DNA of 64,000 bases from Parcubacteria group bacterium M6-OD1-4. GTDB taxonomy: Bacteria; Patescibacteriota; Patescibacteriia; Patescibacteriales; UBA12465. Positions 19,774 to 28,591 of the stretch are shown piece by piece (within the stretch, counting starts at the first letter, position 1; each line of letters opens with the position of its first letter). The position numbers and the translations under genes are program-made. The notes under the pieces were generated by a model. It was given only the letters and a program-made list of their open reading frames with translations. It had not been told where the DNA came from and ran no database searches. Location of the stretch: assembly GCA_003056205.1 (NCBI GenBank), contig LSNS01000004.1, positions 124,630-188,629 on the forward strand, in the 5' to 3' direction.

Positions 19774-21246
19774 ATGAAATATCAAAAAACGATCATTATC
19801 TTAATCTTGTTTTGTGCTAGTATATTTTGGCCACAATTCTCTCACGCTCAACAATTTATCGACCCTAGTTTTAACCCGAATAAAATTATTGAAAATCATA
19901 AACTGCTAGATTACAATTCCATGAATCTCCAAGATATTGAGAATTTCTTAATTAGCAAAGGAAGTTTCTTAATTAATTACACCGCCTTCAATATTAATGG
20001 CCAACGAGAATCAGCTGCAAAGATTATTTATGATGCAACTCATAATAATTATGATTGCAGTGGAGCTGTCTTTAATTCTTCGCCAACAATAGCAGAAAAA
20101 AACGCTCAATGTCGACGAATTACTACTGTTAATCCAAAATTAATTTTGACTCTTTTGCAAAAAGAACAGGGTTTAATAGAAGATACCAATCCTTCACCAA
20201 GACGCTTAGATTGGGCAACAGGTTATGCTTGCCCAGACCGTTTAGTGTGTAATCCCTATTTTAAAGGCTTTGGTAAACAAGTAAATAGCGCAGCCCTACA
20301 ATTTCTGGACTACATGAAACATCCCCAGCACTATAATTATCAAGCTGGTAGAGCCTACACTATTTACAATACTCGCAACCCCTATACGAGTCGCCACAGC
20401 ATGACCGTCATTCCCCAAAACCAAGCCACGGCAGCGCTCTATGACTATACTCCTCATATTTTCAATGGAAATTATAATTTCTATAAAATATGGCAACGCT
20501 ATTTTCCAGAGATTACTCGTTTTTATCCTGATGGCTCAATTTTAAAAGTTAAAAAAGATCCACGAATTTGGTTGATTGAAAATAAGCAAAAACATCTTTT
20601 TGCTAATTGGTCAGCATTTATTTCTCGCTTCAGTCCCCGACAAATTGTTCAAGTCTCTAATAGTGTTCTGGCTCGTTATCCCTTAGGGACTGGCATTAAA
20701 TTTGCTAACTACTCGGTGGTACAAACACCAGATAAAAAAATATTTTTATTAGTAGATAAAAAGAAACGACCCTTTGTCAGTGAAGAGGTCTTTAAGAAAA
20801 TCGGCTTTAATCCCGGTGAATTAGAATCAGCGACAATGAGTGATCTACAAGACTATCAAACTGCTTCACCAATTACTGCAAGTTCTAGTTATGTAACTGG
20901 CGCTCTACTTGAAAACAATAAAACCCACAAAATATATTATGTCCAAAATGAAACTCGGGCCCTGGTTGATAAGATTCTTCTCCCACTCAAGTTTCCTTAC
21001 CAAAAAATTATTAAAGTCAGTCCCCAAAAACTACAACAGTATGCCACTACCAGTCAGATTCTATTAAATGAAGGGACCTTAGTAAAAACCACTAGTTTTC
21101 CCACAGTTTATCTAATTTCTGATGGAAAAAAACGACCATTTGCTAATCCAGAGATTTTTGCTAAATTAGGATATAATTATGATAATGTCATCGCCGTTTC
21201 TTCGCAATTCCTCTATAATTATAATATGGGTCAACCCATTAAATAA
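19774..21246 (+). CDS. Secreted protein: conserved N-terminal module plus four ~58-aa C-terminal repeats; function unknown (cell-wall associated?)
   Basis: Signal peptide ending in ...FSHA-QQ. Conserved block NPKLILTLLQKEQGLI...RRLDWATGYACPD...ATAALYDYTPH. Four repeats carry the pattern G.L.K......(I/V)(W/Y/F)L(I/V)...K(K/R)(R/H)(P/L)F......F...G(F/Y)N......V. Confidence 0.55.
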   Translation: MKYQKTIIILILFCASIFWPQFSHAQQFIDPSFNPNKIIENHKLLDYNSMNLQDIENFLISKGSFLINYTAFNINGQRESAAKIIYDATHNNYDCSGAVFNSSPTIAEKNAQCRRITTVNPKLILTLLQKEQGLIEDTNPSPRRLDWATGYACPDRLVCNPYFKGFGKQVNSAALQFLDYMKHPQHYNYQAGRAYTIYNTRNPYTSRHSMTVIPQNQATAALYDYTPHIFNGNYNFYKIWQRYFPEITRFYPDGSILKVKKDPRIWLIENKQKHLFANWSAFISRFSPRQIVQVSNSVLARYPLGTGIKFANYSVVQTPDKKIFLLVDKKKRPFVSEEVFKKIGFNPGELESATMSDLQDYQTASPITASSSYVTGALLENNKTHKIYYVQNETRALVDKILLPLKFPYQKIIKVSPQKLQQYATTSQILLNEGTLVKTTSFPTVYLISDGKKRPFANPEIFAKLGYNYDNVIAVSSQFLYNYNMGQPIK

Positions 21247-21267
21247 TAGCTAAATATATTCAATTTT

Positions 21268-22080
21268 ATGGCTTTAATCACGAGTGCCTTACTACCTCAT
21301 TCCCCCCTACTAATTCCAGAAATTGGTCAGGCAAATTATAATTTTCTCCAGAAAACCACAGAGGCTTATCAGAAGATAGCTAATAAACTGATAGCAAATA
21401 AAATAGAAACTTTAATTATTATCAGCCCACACGGATCAGATTCGACAGATTTATTTAGTATCAATGTCGCTCCAGAAATGACTATTAACTTGCAAGATTT
21501 TGGTTTCATTCCTCCGAAAACTACTTTTGCTGGCGATGCTCTGTTAGCCGATCAAATACAAGAGATCTTGCGCTTAGATTATCCGCGGCAATTAATTTCT
21601 CAGAGTATTATTGACCATGGTAGTGCAATCCCGCTCTACTTACTGAAAGATGTTAATCCACAATTAAAAATAATTATTATTTCACCAGCTTCCAATTTAC
21701 CATTAGAAAAACAATTAGGTTTTGGAAAAAAAATACAAACTATTTTATTAGCTACTGAGAAAAATATTGGAGTAATCGCTTCAGGGGATTTATCTCACCG
21801 TTTACAAAAAACCTCTCCAGCTGGTTACTCGCCAAAAGGTGCAAAATTTGATAATAAATTAATTGAATATCTCAGTCAACCAGTAAGTGCCCGAGATAAC
21901 ATTTTAAAAATGGATCATAATTTAATTACTGATGCTCAAGAATGTGGATTGAAACCCTTGGTGGTATTGCTCGGAATCTTAGATGGTTTAGATTGGGATT
22001 CTCAAGTGCTAGCTTATCAAACTGACTTTGGTATTGGTTATTTAAGTATGGATTTTGAAATTAAGAATCATTCTCATTAG
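21268..22080 (+). CDS. Class III extradiol dioxygenase subunit B-like (LigB/MEMO-type fold) protein
   Basis: N-terminal LLPHSPLLIPE, ISPHG and ASGDLSHRL motifs are typical of the LigB superfamily; 270 aa. Substrate unknown. Confidence 0.55.
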   Translation: MALITSALLPHSPLLIPEIGQANYNFLQKTTEAYQKIANKLIANKIETLIIISPHGSDSTDLFSINVAPEMTINLQDFGFIPPKTTFAGDALLADQIQEILRLDYPRQLISQSIIDHGSAIPLYLLKDVNPQLKIIIISPASNLPLEKQLGFGKKIQTILLATEKNIGVIASGDLSHRLQKTSPAGYSPKGAKFDNKLIEYLSQPVSARDNILKMDHNLITDAQECGLKPLVVLLGILDGLDWDSQVLAYQTDFGIGYLSMDFEIKNHSH

Positions 22081-22127
22081 AAACCTAATAAATTGAAATT
22101 TAGTTTTAAATATTAAACATAAAAACA

Positions 22128-22373
22128 ATGGATTCTCTCGCAGACATTCTCAAAAATAAAAAGACTATGAAAGCGCCAAGCTATCCTTGGCAAGATTTAG
22201 CCTTACAAGTTATCCAGGAATTAAATATCCCTAATTTTAAACGCAGCGCGGTCTTTAAAATTTGTAAAGAGCATTCTAGCCAAAATGTTAAATTAGCCCT
22301 CAATGATACCAAAGAATTATGTACCAGTGGACTAAAGTGGAAATACTTTTTTAAGATTATTGACCAAAAATAA
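22128..22373 (+). CDS. Small hypothetical protein (81 aa)
   Basis: An ORF in an otherwise empty gap, with normal composition. I recognise no motifs. The antisense ORF 22181..22411 is the alternative, less likely reading. Confidence 0.4.
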   Translation: MDSLADILKNKKTMKAPSYPWQDLALQVIQELNIPNFKRSAVFKICKEHSSQNVKLALNDTKELCTSGLKWKYFFKIIDQK

Positions 22374-22399
22374 TTATTATTTGAAAAATAAAAATATTT

Positions 22400-22876
22400 A
22401 TGCCCAAACAACTACCAATAATTATTAATCCCAATCCCCTTCTTAGAAAAAAATCTTTAGAAGTTTCTTTAGAAAAAATTAATAATCAAGAATTTCAGGA
22501 ATTACTACTAGATATTGAAGAAACCATGACTAAAAAAGATGGAGCTGGGCTAGCCGCTCCTCAGGTTGGAAAAAATATTCGGGCTTTAGCTATTCTTCAC
22601 GGAAAAAAAGTAGTTCTCATGATTAATCCCCAAATAACTAAAAAATCATGGGCAAGAAAGATTGATGAAGAAGGTTGTCTATCAGTTTTAGATGATAATG
22701 GAGAAATTATTTATGGTTTAGTGGAACGCCACAAGAAAATTAATTGTGTTTATTGGGATAAAACTGGTAAAAAGAAAAAAATAAAAGCCGAAAATATGCT
22801 GGCCAGGATAATCCAACATGAAATTGACCATCTAGATGGTATTCTATTTATTGATAAATTGGCAAAAAAGAAATAG
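22400..22876 (+). CDS. def: Peptide deformylase
   Basis: GAGLAAPQVG, EGCLS and HEIDHLDG motifs. Confidence 0.95.
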   Translation: MPKQLPIIINPNPLLRKKSLEVSLEKINNQEFQELLLDIEETMTKKDGAGLAAPQVGKNIRALAILHGKKVVLMINPQITKKSWARKIDEEGCLSVLDDNGEIIYGLVERHKKINCVYWDKTGKKKKIKAENMLARIIQHEIDHLDGILFIDKLAKKK

Positions 22877-22927
22877 AAAATATTGAATCTGATTTGGCTT
22901 TTTATCTTCTTGAAGATTATTCCTTAA

Positions 22928-23551
22928 TTAAAGGCGATACGGATGTTTTCTTTTTTTAATAATTTTCCAAACTAACCAGGCTATTCCGAGAAGAAGAAAA
23001 ATACCCGAAATTTCTTGATAATATTTAGTGAGAAGAACTTGATTAGTGCCAATAAAATAACCTAAAGCCGCTAAGATACTTACCCAAATAGTTGATCCTG
23101 CTAAAGTTAAGAAAATAAAACGTCCCACGGGCATTTTAGAAAAACCGGCTGGTAAAGATACCAATTGGCGAATAACTGGAACTAAACGTCCCAAAAAAGT
23201 AGCTGAATTAGCATTCTCCAAAAAATATTTTTCTGCTCGTTCTATCTTTTCTGGGTTAAGCATTAAAAATTTTGCTCCAGGTTGGGCAGCGAAACGATAA
23301 ATTGCCGGGCGACCAAGATAATAAGCTAAAACATAATTTATCATCGCTCCTAATAAACTTCCCAAAACACCAATAATAATAATTAACCAAATATTCATTT
23401 TTCCTTGACTAGCTAAATAAGCAGCCGGGGGAATAATAATTTCTGACGGAAAAGGTATAAAAGAACTTTCGACCGCCATTAAAATACCTAAACCGCTATA
23501 ACCTAAGTTCTGGGTAATACTTAGAGCCCAAATAAAGAAAGATTCTAACAT
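22928..23551 (-). CDS. DedA-family (SNARE-associated/VTT domain) membrane protein
   Basis: N-terminal GYSGLGILMAVESSFIPFPSEIIIPPAAYLA and GRLVPVIRQLVSLPAG motifs; 207 aa. Confidence 0.85.
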   Translation of the reverse strand: MLESFFIWALSITQNLGYSGLGILMAVESSFIPFPSEIIIPPAAYLASQGKMNIWLIIIIGVLGSLLGAMINYVLAYYLGRPAIYRFAAQPGAKFLMLNPEKIERAEKYFLENANSATFLGRLVPVIRQLVSLPAGFSKMPVGRFIFLTLAGSTIWVSILAALGYFIGTNQVLLTKYYQEISGIFLLLGIAWLVWKIIKKRKHPYRL

Positions 23552-23615
23552 GATGAGAAAATAAAATTTACAACTAAAACTAAAACTAATTACAATATAT
23601 CATTGATTACTGCTT

Positions 23616-24566
23616 ATGCCAATAATTTCTAAACAAAAAATTCGTTTGTTACTAATGGGAACTCCTGATTTTTCTTTAGCGGGTTTTCAATCTTTAATTG
23701 ATAATTCCCATTTTGAAATTGTCGGAGTTTTTACTCAGCTGGACAAAAAAATTGGTCGCCAACAAATTTTAACTCCACCACCTGTTAAAAAATGGGCTCT
23801 TCAGAATAATTTAACAGTGTTTCAACCTCAAAAATTAAAGTTAGAAATAAATACTATCCAAAATCTTCAAGTAGATTTAATAGTAGTGATTGCCTATGGT
23901 AAAATAATTCCTCAAGAAATTCTGGATATTCCTCGCTGGGGCTGTTTGAATGTTCATGCTTCTCTCTTGCCTAAATATCGTGGTGCGGCCTGTTTAAATG
24001 CTCCAATTCTTAACGGTGATTCAGAAACTGGAATAACAATCATGAAAATTGATGCTGGTCTTGACACTGGACCAATTTTACGGCAAGCTAAAATACAATT
24101 GACTGGTCAAGAAACTTTAAAAGACGTTCATGATAAATTGTCAGAATTAGGAGCAAAATTATTAGTTCCTGCTATACAAGATTTTATTTCAGGAAAAATT
24201 AAAGCTCACAAACAAAATGAAAATCAAGCAACTTATGTCAAAATGATTAACAAAGAAGACGGGCGAATTAATTGGCATCAATCTGCCCTAGAAATTGAAA
24301 GAATGATTCGCGCTTATTACCCTTGGCCAGGAACCTATTCAGAAAACAGCTCTAAGATATTAAAAATAATTGAAGTTCAAAATAAAATATTAAAGATAAA
24401 TAATTATCAAATAGGAGAAATTTTCCAAGATGATCAAAAATTAGCAATACAAACTGGTCAAGATGCTTTAATAATTCTGAAATTACAAGAATCGGGGAAA
24501 AAAGCAATGAGTGCTCAAGATTTTTTAAGTGGACACCAAAATATAATTGGCACAATTTTAAAATAA
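23616..24566 (+). CDS. fmt: Methionyl-tRNA formyltransferase
   Basis: MGTPDFS, LNVHASLLPKYRGAA and TGITIMKIDAGLDTGPIL motifs; 316 aa. Confidence 0.95.
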   Translation: MPIISKQKIRLLLMGTPDFSLAGFQSLIDNSHFEIVGVFTQLDKKIGRQQILTPPPVKKWALQNNLTVFQPQKLKLEINTIQNLQVDLIVVIAYGKIIPQEILDIPRWGCLNVHASLLPKYRGAACLNAPILNGDSETGITIMKIDAGLDTGPILRQAKIQLTGQETLKDVHDKLSELGAKLLVPAIQDFISGKIKAHKQNENQATYVKMINKEDGRINWHQSALEIERMIRAYYPWPGTYSENSSKILKIIEVQNKILKINNYQIGEIFQDDQKLAIQTGQDALIILKLQESGKKAMSAQDFLSGHQNIIGTILK

Positions 24567-24573
24567 AGATTAA

Positions 24574-24645
24574 GGCCCTTTCGTCTATCGGCTAGGACGC
24601 CAGGTTCTCATCCTGGTAAGACGGGTTCGACTCCCGTAGGGGCTA
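24574..24645 (+). tRNA. tRNA-Glu (anticodon CTC)
   Basis: Manual cloverleaf. Acceptor GGCCCTT/AGGGGCT (with G1-U72 and U6-G67 wobbles), D stem GTCT/GGAC, anticodon stem CCAGG/CCTGG with loop TTCTCAT, 4-nt variable loop, T arm ACGGG-TTCGACT-CCCGT. CCA is not encoded. Confidence 0.85.
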
Positions 24646-24668
24646 CTTCGAAATAAGAGGATTAAAAA

Positions 24669-24691
24669 AATCGCTTCCCGAGCGATTTTTT
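24669..24691 (+). terminator. Rho-independent terminator after tRNA-Glu
   Basis: Stem AATCGCT (24669-24675) pairs with AGCGATT (24681-24687) around loop TCCCG, followed by a T-run. Confidence 0.7.
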
Positions 24692-24810
24692 GTTAAAATG
24701 GAAGGATGGATAATAAAAAATTTTGGCGAAAAATAATGGGATTGTCCCGGGATTAATTAAAGAAGTATTAAGTAATTAAGCTTCCAGATTTTTAAAAAAA
24801 TAGAAGTTAA

Positions 24811-24854
24811 TTGAAAATAAAAAGGAAGTCTAATATTTTTATTTTGACTTCCTT
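24811..24854 (-). terminator. Putative terminator of the small TM gene
   Basis: 9-bp stem AAGGAAGTC (24822-24830) pairing with GACTTCCTT (24846-24854), with a 15-nt AT loop. On the minus strand it is followed by TTTATTTTC. Confidence 0.5.
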
Positions 24855-24870
24855 AAATAATAATTCCTTT

Positions 24871-25227
24871 TTAAAATTTGTGGCATTTTATATTTGCTTC
24901 CCGAACTCCTAAAAAATAGAAGACAATTGAAAACAAATAGTTTATTATCAAAGCCGAACCAATAGTCCAGTTTAAATAACAAAAGTGAAAACCATAGAAC
25001 AAGACGAAGGCAATTACGCTGACGGCAATTAATATTCCGACAAACATCGCCAAGAAGAGATAAATTTTCGAGAATCCATTATTTTCATAATTGTTTTTAC
25101 GAATTCCCAATGTATAAGCCAAAATGCTTGGTCCTAATATTGGCACAAAACTAAAAATAAAAAATAAAGCGGTCAGAGACATGCCCGTCAGTGTGACGGA
25201 AGAAATTTTATCAGAATTTTTTTTCAT
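24871..25227 (-). CDS. Small membrane protein (about 118 aa), function unknown
   Basis: 3-4 hydrophobic helices. I prefer the internal ATG 25227 (MKKNSDK...) because AGGAG lies 8 nt upstream. The track start 25278 has no such signal. Confidence 0.5.
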   Translation of the reverse strand: MKKNSDKISSVTLTGMSLTALFFIFSFVPILGPSILAYTLGIRKNNYENNGFSKIYLFLAMFVGILIAVSVIAFVLFYGFHFCYLNWTIGSALIINYLFSIVFYFLGVREANIKCHKF

Positions 25228-25475
25228 GTTTTTTTCTCCTATATTTAGAATAACAATTAGATTAATTATTAATCTCACCTATAATTAGATGAAGTTAATA
25301 ATTAATCTAATTAATTTTAAAGGACTGGTGTAACGATTTAAATATAATATAACACAATATAATATTTCAGTCAATGGCGATTTAAAAGTTATCTTGAAAA
25401 GCTAAATTGAAATATATTTATTATTTATTAAAGCTCTTCAACAACTGCTGAAGATCTAGAAGATCATATTAACTG

Positions 25476-26381
25476 TTAATTACAATGCTCACATTCCAAT
25501 TCCGCCTCTTCCGACTCTTTTTGAGAAACGATTTGCAAGGTCTGATGATGAATATTATATTTTTCTTTTAGCATTTCTTGAATTTTTTTCAATAGTTTGG
25601 CACGCTGGTCACTGTTTATCTCTTGCGTCACTACATGAGCACTAAGAAAATAATCATTGGAACTTGTTTGCCAAACATGTAAATCATTAACATTTTTAAT
25701 TTCTGGAAATGCTACTAAACTATTTTTTATTTTCTGAAAATCTAAATTTTCCGGAACCGCGTCTAACAACATATTGGTAGATTCAAATAATATTTCGTAA
25801 ACTTCTTTTAACAAAAAAACGGAAACCGCAATTGAAGCCAGGGGATCAACCCAATTCCAACCGGTATAATGAATAATGATTGCCGCCGCTACTACTCCGA
25901 GAGAAAATAAAGCATCCTGTTTAGAATGTAACCAAGCACTTTTTAAATTTAAATTTTGATGAGCTCCCACGTGTAATAGATAGCTCGCTAGAGTATTGCC
26001 GAGAAGTGAAATAACAGCAACCACAAACATAATGGACCCAATCACGGGTTGAGGATGGAAAATTCTAATAACTGATTCAATTAGTATCCAACCACTAATT
26101 CCTAAGAGGACTCCACCGTTGATAAAGGCAATAATTACTTCCGCTCGTTTATAACCATAAGTTTTATTTTCAGTACGAGGCTTTTTTACTAATTTTTCAC
26201 CCCAGAGACTAAGAACCATGGAGCCAATATCAGTAAAATTGTGTAAAGCCTCCGATATGAGAGCCATACTTCTAGCTATAATACCAAAAACAACTTCCAC
26301 CACTACAATGATAATATTAATAGTGATGGACCAAATAAGATTTTTTGAAGTAGTGGCTGGAGAGTGATGATGTTCAGACAT
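25476..26381 (-). CDS. Cation diffusion facilitator (CzcD/ZitB-type) divalent metal efflux transporter
   Basis: Six TM segments, with HNFTDIGS and HSKQDALFS-type metal-site motifs, a C-terminal cytoplasmic domain (DLHVWQ) and a His/Cys-rich terminus (CEHCN). Confidence 0.9.
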   Translation of the reverse strand: MSEHHHSPATTSKNLIWSITINIIIVVVEVVFGIIARSMALISEALHNFTDIGSMVLSLWGEKLVKKPRTENKTYGYKRAEVIIAFINGGVLLGISGWILIESVIRIFHPQPVIGSIMFVVAVISLLGNTLASYLLHVGAHQNLNLKSAWLHSKQDALFSLGVVAAAIIIHYTGWNWVDPLASIAVSVFLLKEVYEILFESTNMLLDAVPENLDFQKIKNSLVAFPEIKNVNDLHVWQTSSNDYFLSAHVVTQEINSDQRAKLLKKIQEMLKEKYNIHHQTLQIVSQKESEEAELECEHCN

Positions 26382-26504
26382 GATGATTGGTCTTGATTTC
26401 TTTTATAATGTATATATAATAACAAAGATAATATAAATATTATAGTATGTAGCAGTAATAATCATTACCATTAGCGACGAGGTTTCCATTTCGACTGTAA
26501 AGCC

Positions 26505-26533
26505 TTGTCAAAAATAAAATCTTTTGTTATTAT
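26505..26533 (+). promoter_or_regulatory. Candidate promoter of the tRNA-Lys/tRNA-Thr unit (TTGTCA-17-TATTAT)
   Basis: TTGTCA at 26505-26510 and TATTAT at 26528-26533. The tRNA starts 14 nt downstream. Confidence 0.5.
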
Positions 26534-26546
26534 CAGACTTGTAATT

Positions 26547-26622
26547 GCGCCTATAGCTCAGTTGGTAGAGCAGCAGCCTTTTAAGCTGATGGTCGCTGGT
26601 TCGAATCCAGCTGGGCGCACCA
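26547..26622 (+). tRNA. tRNA-Lys (anticodon TTT), CCA encoded
   Basis: Manual cloverleaf. Acceptor GCGCCTA/TGGGCGC, D arm GCTC-AGTTGGTA-GAGC, anticodon loop CTTTTAA, T arm GCTGG-TTCGAAT-CCAGC, 3' ACCA. Confidence 0.95.
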
Positions 26623-26644
26623 TCGAAAACTAATGTTTAATTAT

Positions 26645-26717
26645 GCCGACTTAGCTCAGCTGGTAGAGCAGCTGTTTTGTAAACAGCAGGTCGTCGGTCC
26701 GAGCCCGACAGTCGGCT
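26645..26717 (+). tRNA. tRNA-Thr (anticodon TGT) with an atypical T-loop
   Basis: Acceptor GCCGACT/AGTCGGC, D arm GCTC-AGCTGGTA-GAGC, anticodon stem GCTGT/ACAGC with loop TTTGTAA, T arm GTCGG-TCCGAGC-CCGAC (C at position 55). CCA is not encoded. Confidence 0.85.
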
Positions 26718-26726
26718 CCCAAAAAA

Positions 26727-26752
26727 ACTGCTTATTATTTAAGCAGTTTTTT
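26727..26752 (+). terminator. Rho-independent terminator after tRNA-Thr
   Basis: Stem ACTGCTTA (26727-26734) pairs with TAAGCAGT (26740-26747) around loop TTATT, followed by T5. Confidence 0.7.
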
Positions 26753-26809
26753 AAATAAAGGAGGGGGATAAATTGCTAATAAACTGTGTCCAAAAAATAA
26801 GATCGCGAC

Positions 26810-26838
26810 TTGAAAAATGAAGCAATATAAGTTAAAAT
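26810..26838 (+). promoter_or_regulatory. Candidate dnaB promoter (TTGAAA-17-TAAAAT)
   Basis: TTGAAA at 26810-26815 and TAAAAT at 26833-26838. Pattern only. Confidence 0.4.
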
Positions 26839-26887
26839 AATAACATCATAAAATTTATTTAAAAAATTTATTTAAAATTTCTAAAAT

Positions 26888-28288
26888 ATGGATGTGAATG
26901 AAAAAAACTTGATAGCTAAAGTTCCTCCGCATAGTTTAGAAGCGGAAGAGTCATTGTTGGGATCACTCTTGATAGATAAAGACGCTATTATTAAAATAGC
27001 GGACACGGTTATGCCTCAGGATTTCTATCAAGATCGTCATCAAATTATCTATAATGCTATTAAAGAGCTCTACGGTAACCAAGAACCAATTGATATTATT
27101 ACGCTAGCGAGTCGTTTAGAAGATAAAAAAAAATTAAAAGTTATTGGTGGACGTTCTTATTTAGCCCAACTTTCTAATACTGTAGCGACTTCTGGAAATA
27201 TCAGCAATTATGCCAATATCATCCAGCGAAAAGCAACCTTACGCCGTCTACAACAGGCAGCAGCTGAAATCTCTGCCTTAAGTTTTGACGAAGAACAAGA
27301 AATTGATAAAGTTTTAGATGAGACTGAAAAGAAGATTTTCGGTGTCTCTCGTAAATATTTAAAGAATGCTTTCCTGCCAATTGATAATTTATTAACCGCT
27401 GCTTTTGACCGTATCGATGAACTACACCGTCATAGCGGAAAACTTCGAGGATTATCAACTGGTTTCCAAGATTTAGATCATTTATTAGCGGGTTTACAAA
27501 AATCGGATTTAATAATTCTCGCTGCTCGTCCCTCTGTGGGAAAAACTTCTCTCGCCATGGATATTGCCCGTCAAGCGGCTATCAAGAGCAAAGAAGGAGT
27601 CGGAATATTTTCTCTAGAAATGAGTAAAGAGCAATTAGTGGACCGCATGCTTTGTGCCCAAGCTAATGTTAGTCTATGGAAAATGCGTACTGGTAATTTA
27701 TCAGATAAAGAAGAAGATAACGATTTCGCGCGGATTGGTGAAGCCATGGGTAAATTAGCTGAAGCACCAATTTATATTGATGATTCTGGAACTCTATCAA
27801 TTATGGAAATTCGTGCCAAAGCCCGTCGCTTGCAGATGGAAAAAGGTCTGGGTTTAATTGTTATTGACTACTTACAATTGATGGAAGGTCGTGGAAAATA
27901 TGGTGATAATCGTGTTCAAGAAATAGCCGAAATTAGTCGAGGTTTGAAAGCAATTGCCCGCGAGTTAAACATCCCCATTCTGGCTTTAGCCCAATTATCT
28001 CGGGCGGTAGAATTAACCCGTCCAGCCATTCCTAAACTATCTCATCTGCGTGATTCTGGCTCTATTGAACAGGACGCTGATGTTGTGATGTTTATTTATC
28101 GTAAAGCGGCTGATCGCGGTTATGACCCCGATGATTTGAATCCTGATGAACGTCATAAAGCGGAAATTTATATTGCCAAACATCGTAATGGCCCAACGGG
28201 AAAAGTCAATCTATTTTTTGATGAAAATACGGTTAGTTTTAAAGCTCTCGCTAAAAATATTAACGAAGAAGAGGCTCTCAAATCTTAA
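26888..28288 (+). CDS. dnaB: Replicative DNA helicase DnaB
   Basis: PPHSLEAEESLLGSLL, Walker A ARPSVGKTSLA, VIDYLQLM, ALAQLSR and RDSGSIEQDADVV motifs. Confidence 0.95.
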   Translation: MDVNEKNLIAKVPPHSLEAEESLLGSLLIDKDAIIKIADTVMPQDFYQDRHQIIYNAIKELYGNQEPIDIITLASRLEDKKKLKVIGGRSYLAQLSNTVATSGNISNYANIIQRKATLRRLQQAAAEISALSFDEEQEIDKVLDETEKKIFGVSRKYLKNAFLPIDNLLTAAFDRIDELHRHSGKLRGLSTGFQDLDHLLAGLQKSDLIILAARPSVGKTSLAMDIARQAAIKSKEGVGIFSLEMSKEQLVDRMLCAQANVSLWKMRTGNLSDKEEDNDFARIGEAMGKLAEAPIYIDDSGTLSIMEIRAKARRLQMEKGLGLIVIDYLQLMEGRGKYGDNRVQEIAEISRGLKAIARELNIPILALAQLSRAVELTRPAIPKLSHLRDSGSIEQDADVVMFIYRKAADRGYDPDDLNPDERHKAEIYIAKHRNGPTGKVNLFFDENTVSFKALAKNINEEEALKS

Positions 28289-28314
28289 ATTTAAAAAATT
28301 AATAAATAAAAAAT

Positions 28315-28590
28315 ATGTTCAGTAAATTAAAACAATTCAAAGACTTACGTAGCCAAGCGAAAACCATGCAAAACGTTTTAGCTGAAGAAACCATTACCGA
28401 AGAAAAAAATGGTGTTAAAATTGTTCTCAATGGTAATATGGAAATTTTAGAATTAAAATTAAGCGATCAGCTTAATAAAAGTGCTCAAGAAGAAGCAGTA
28501 AAGTCTTGTTTTTCGAGCGCCTTAAAACGAACCCAAAGACTAATGGCTAAAAAACTACAAGATATGGGTGGTATTCCTGGGATGAACTAA
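28315..28590 (+). CDS. ybaB: YbaB/EbfC-family nucleoid-associated protein
   Basis: 91 aa, with an N-terminal lysine-rich helix and a central GGVKI-type strand region. It sits in the conserved position immediately upstream of recR. Confidence 0.8.
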   Translation: MFSKLKQFKDLRSQAKTMQNVLAEETITEEKNGVKIVLNGNMEILELKLSDQLNKSAQEEAVKSCFSSALKRTQRLMAKKLQDMGGIPGMN

Positions 28591-28591
28591 G

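Noticed and set aside
26382-26510. Possible czcD-type (NiCo) metal riboswitch in the leader of the CDF transporter
   Set aside because: Only a short GC-richer patch is present (about 26470-26505, minus strand ACAGTCGAAATGGAAACCTCGTCGCTAATGG). I cannot fold it into the multi-helix junction expected of that riboswitch, and I recognise none of its conserved nucleotides. It would need a covariance-model scan.
24646-26546. Integrated mobile element or prophage remnant at the tRNA genes
   Set aside because: There is no integrase, transposase or phage gene, and no duplicated tRNA 3' segment that I can see. I kept it only as a low-interest compositional observation.
26852-26877. Tandem direct repeat AATTTATTTAAAA x2 upstream of dnaB
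   Set aside because: There are only two copies of an AT-only 13-mer in an AT-rich leader, which is consistent with chance or slippage. There is no spacer/repeat architecture, so it is not a CRISPR array or an iteron array.
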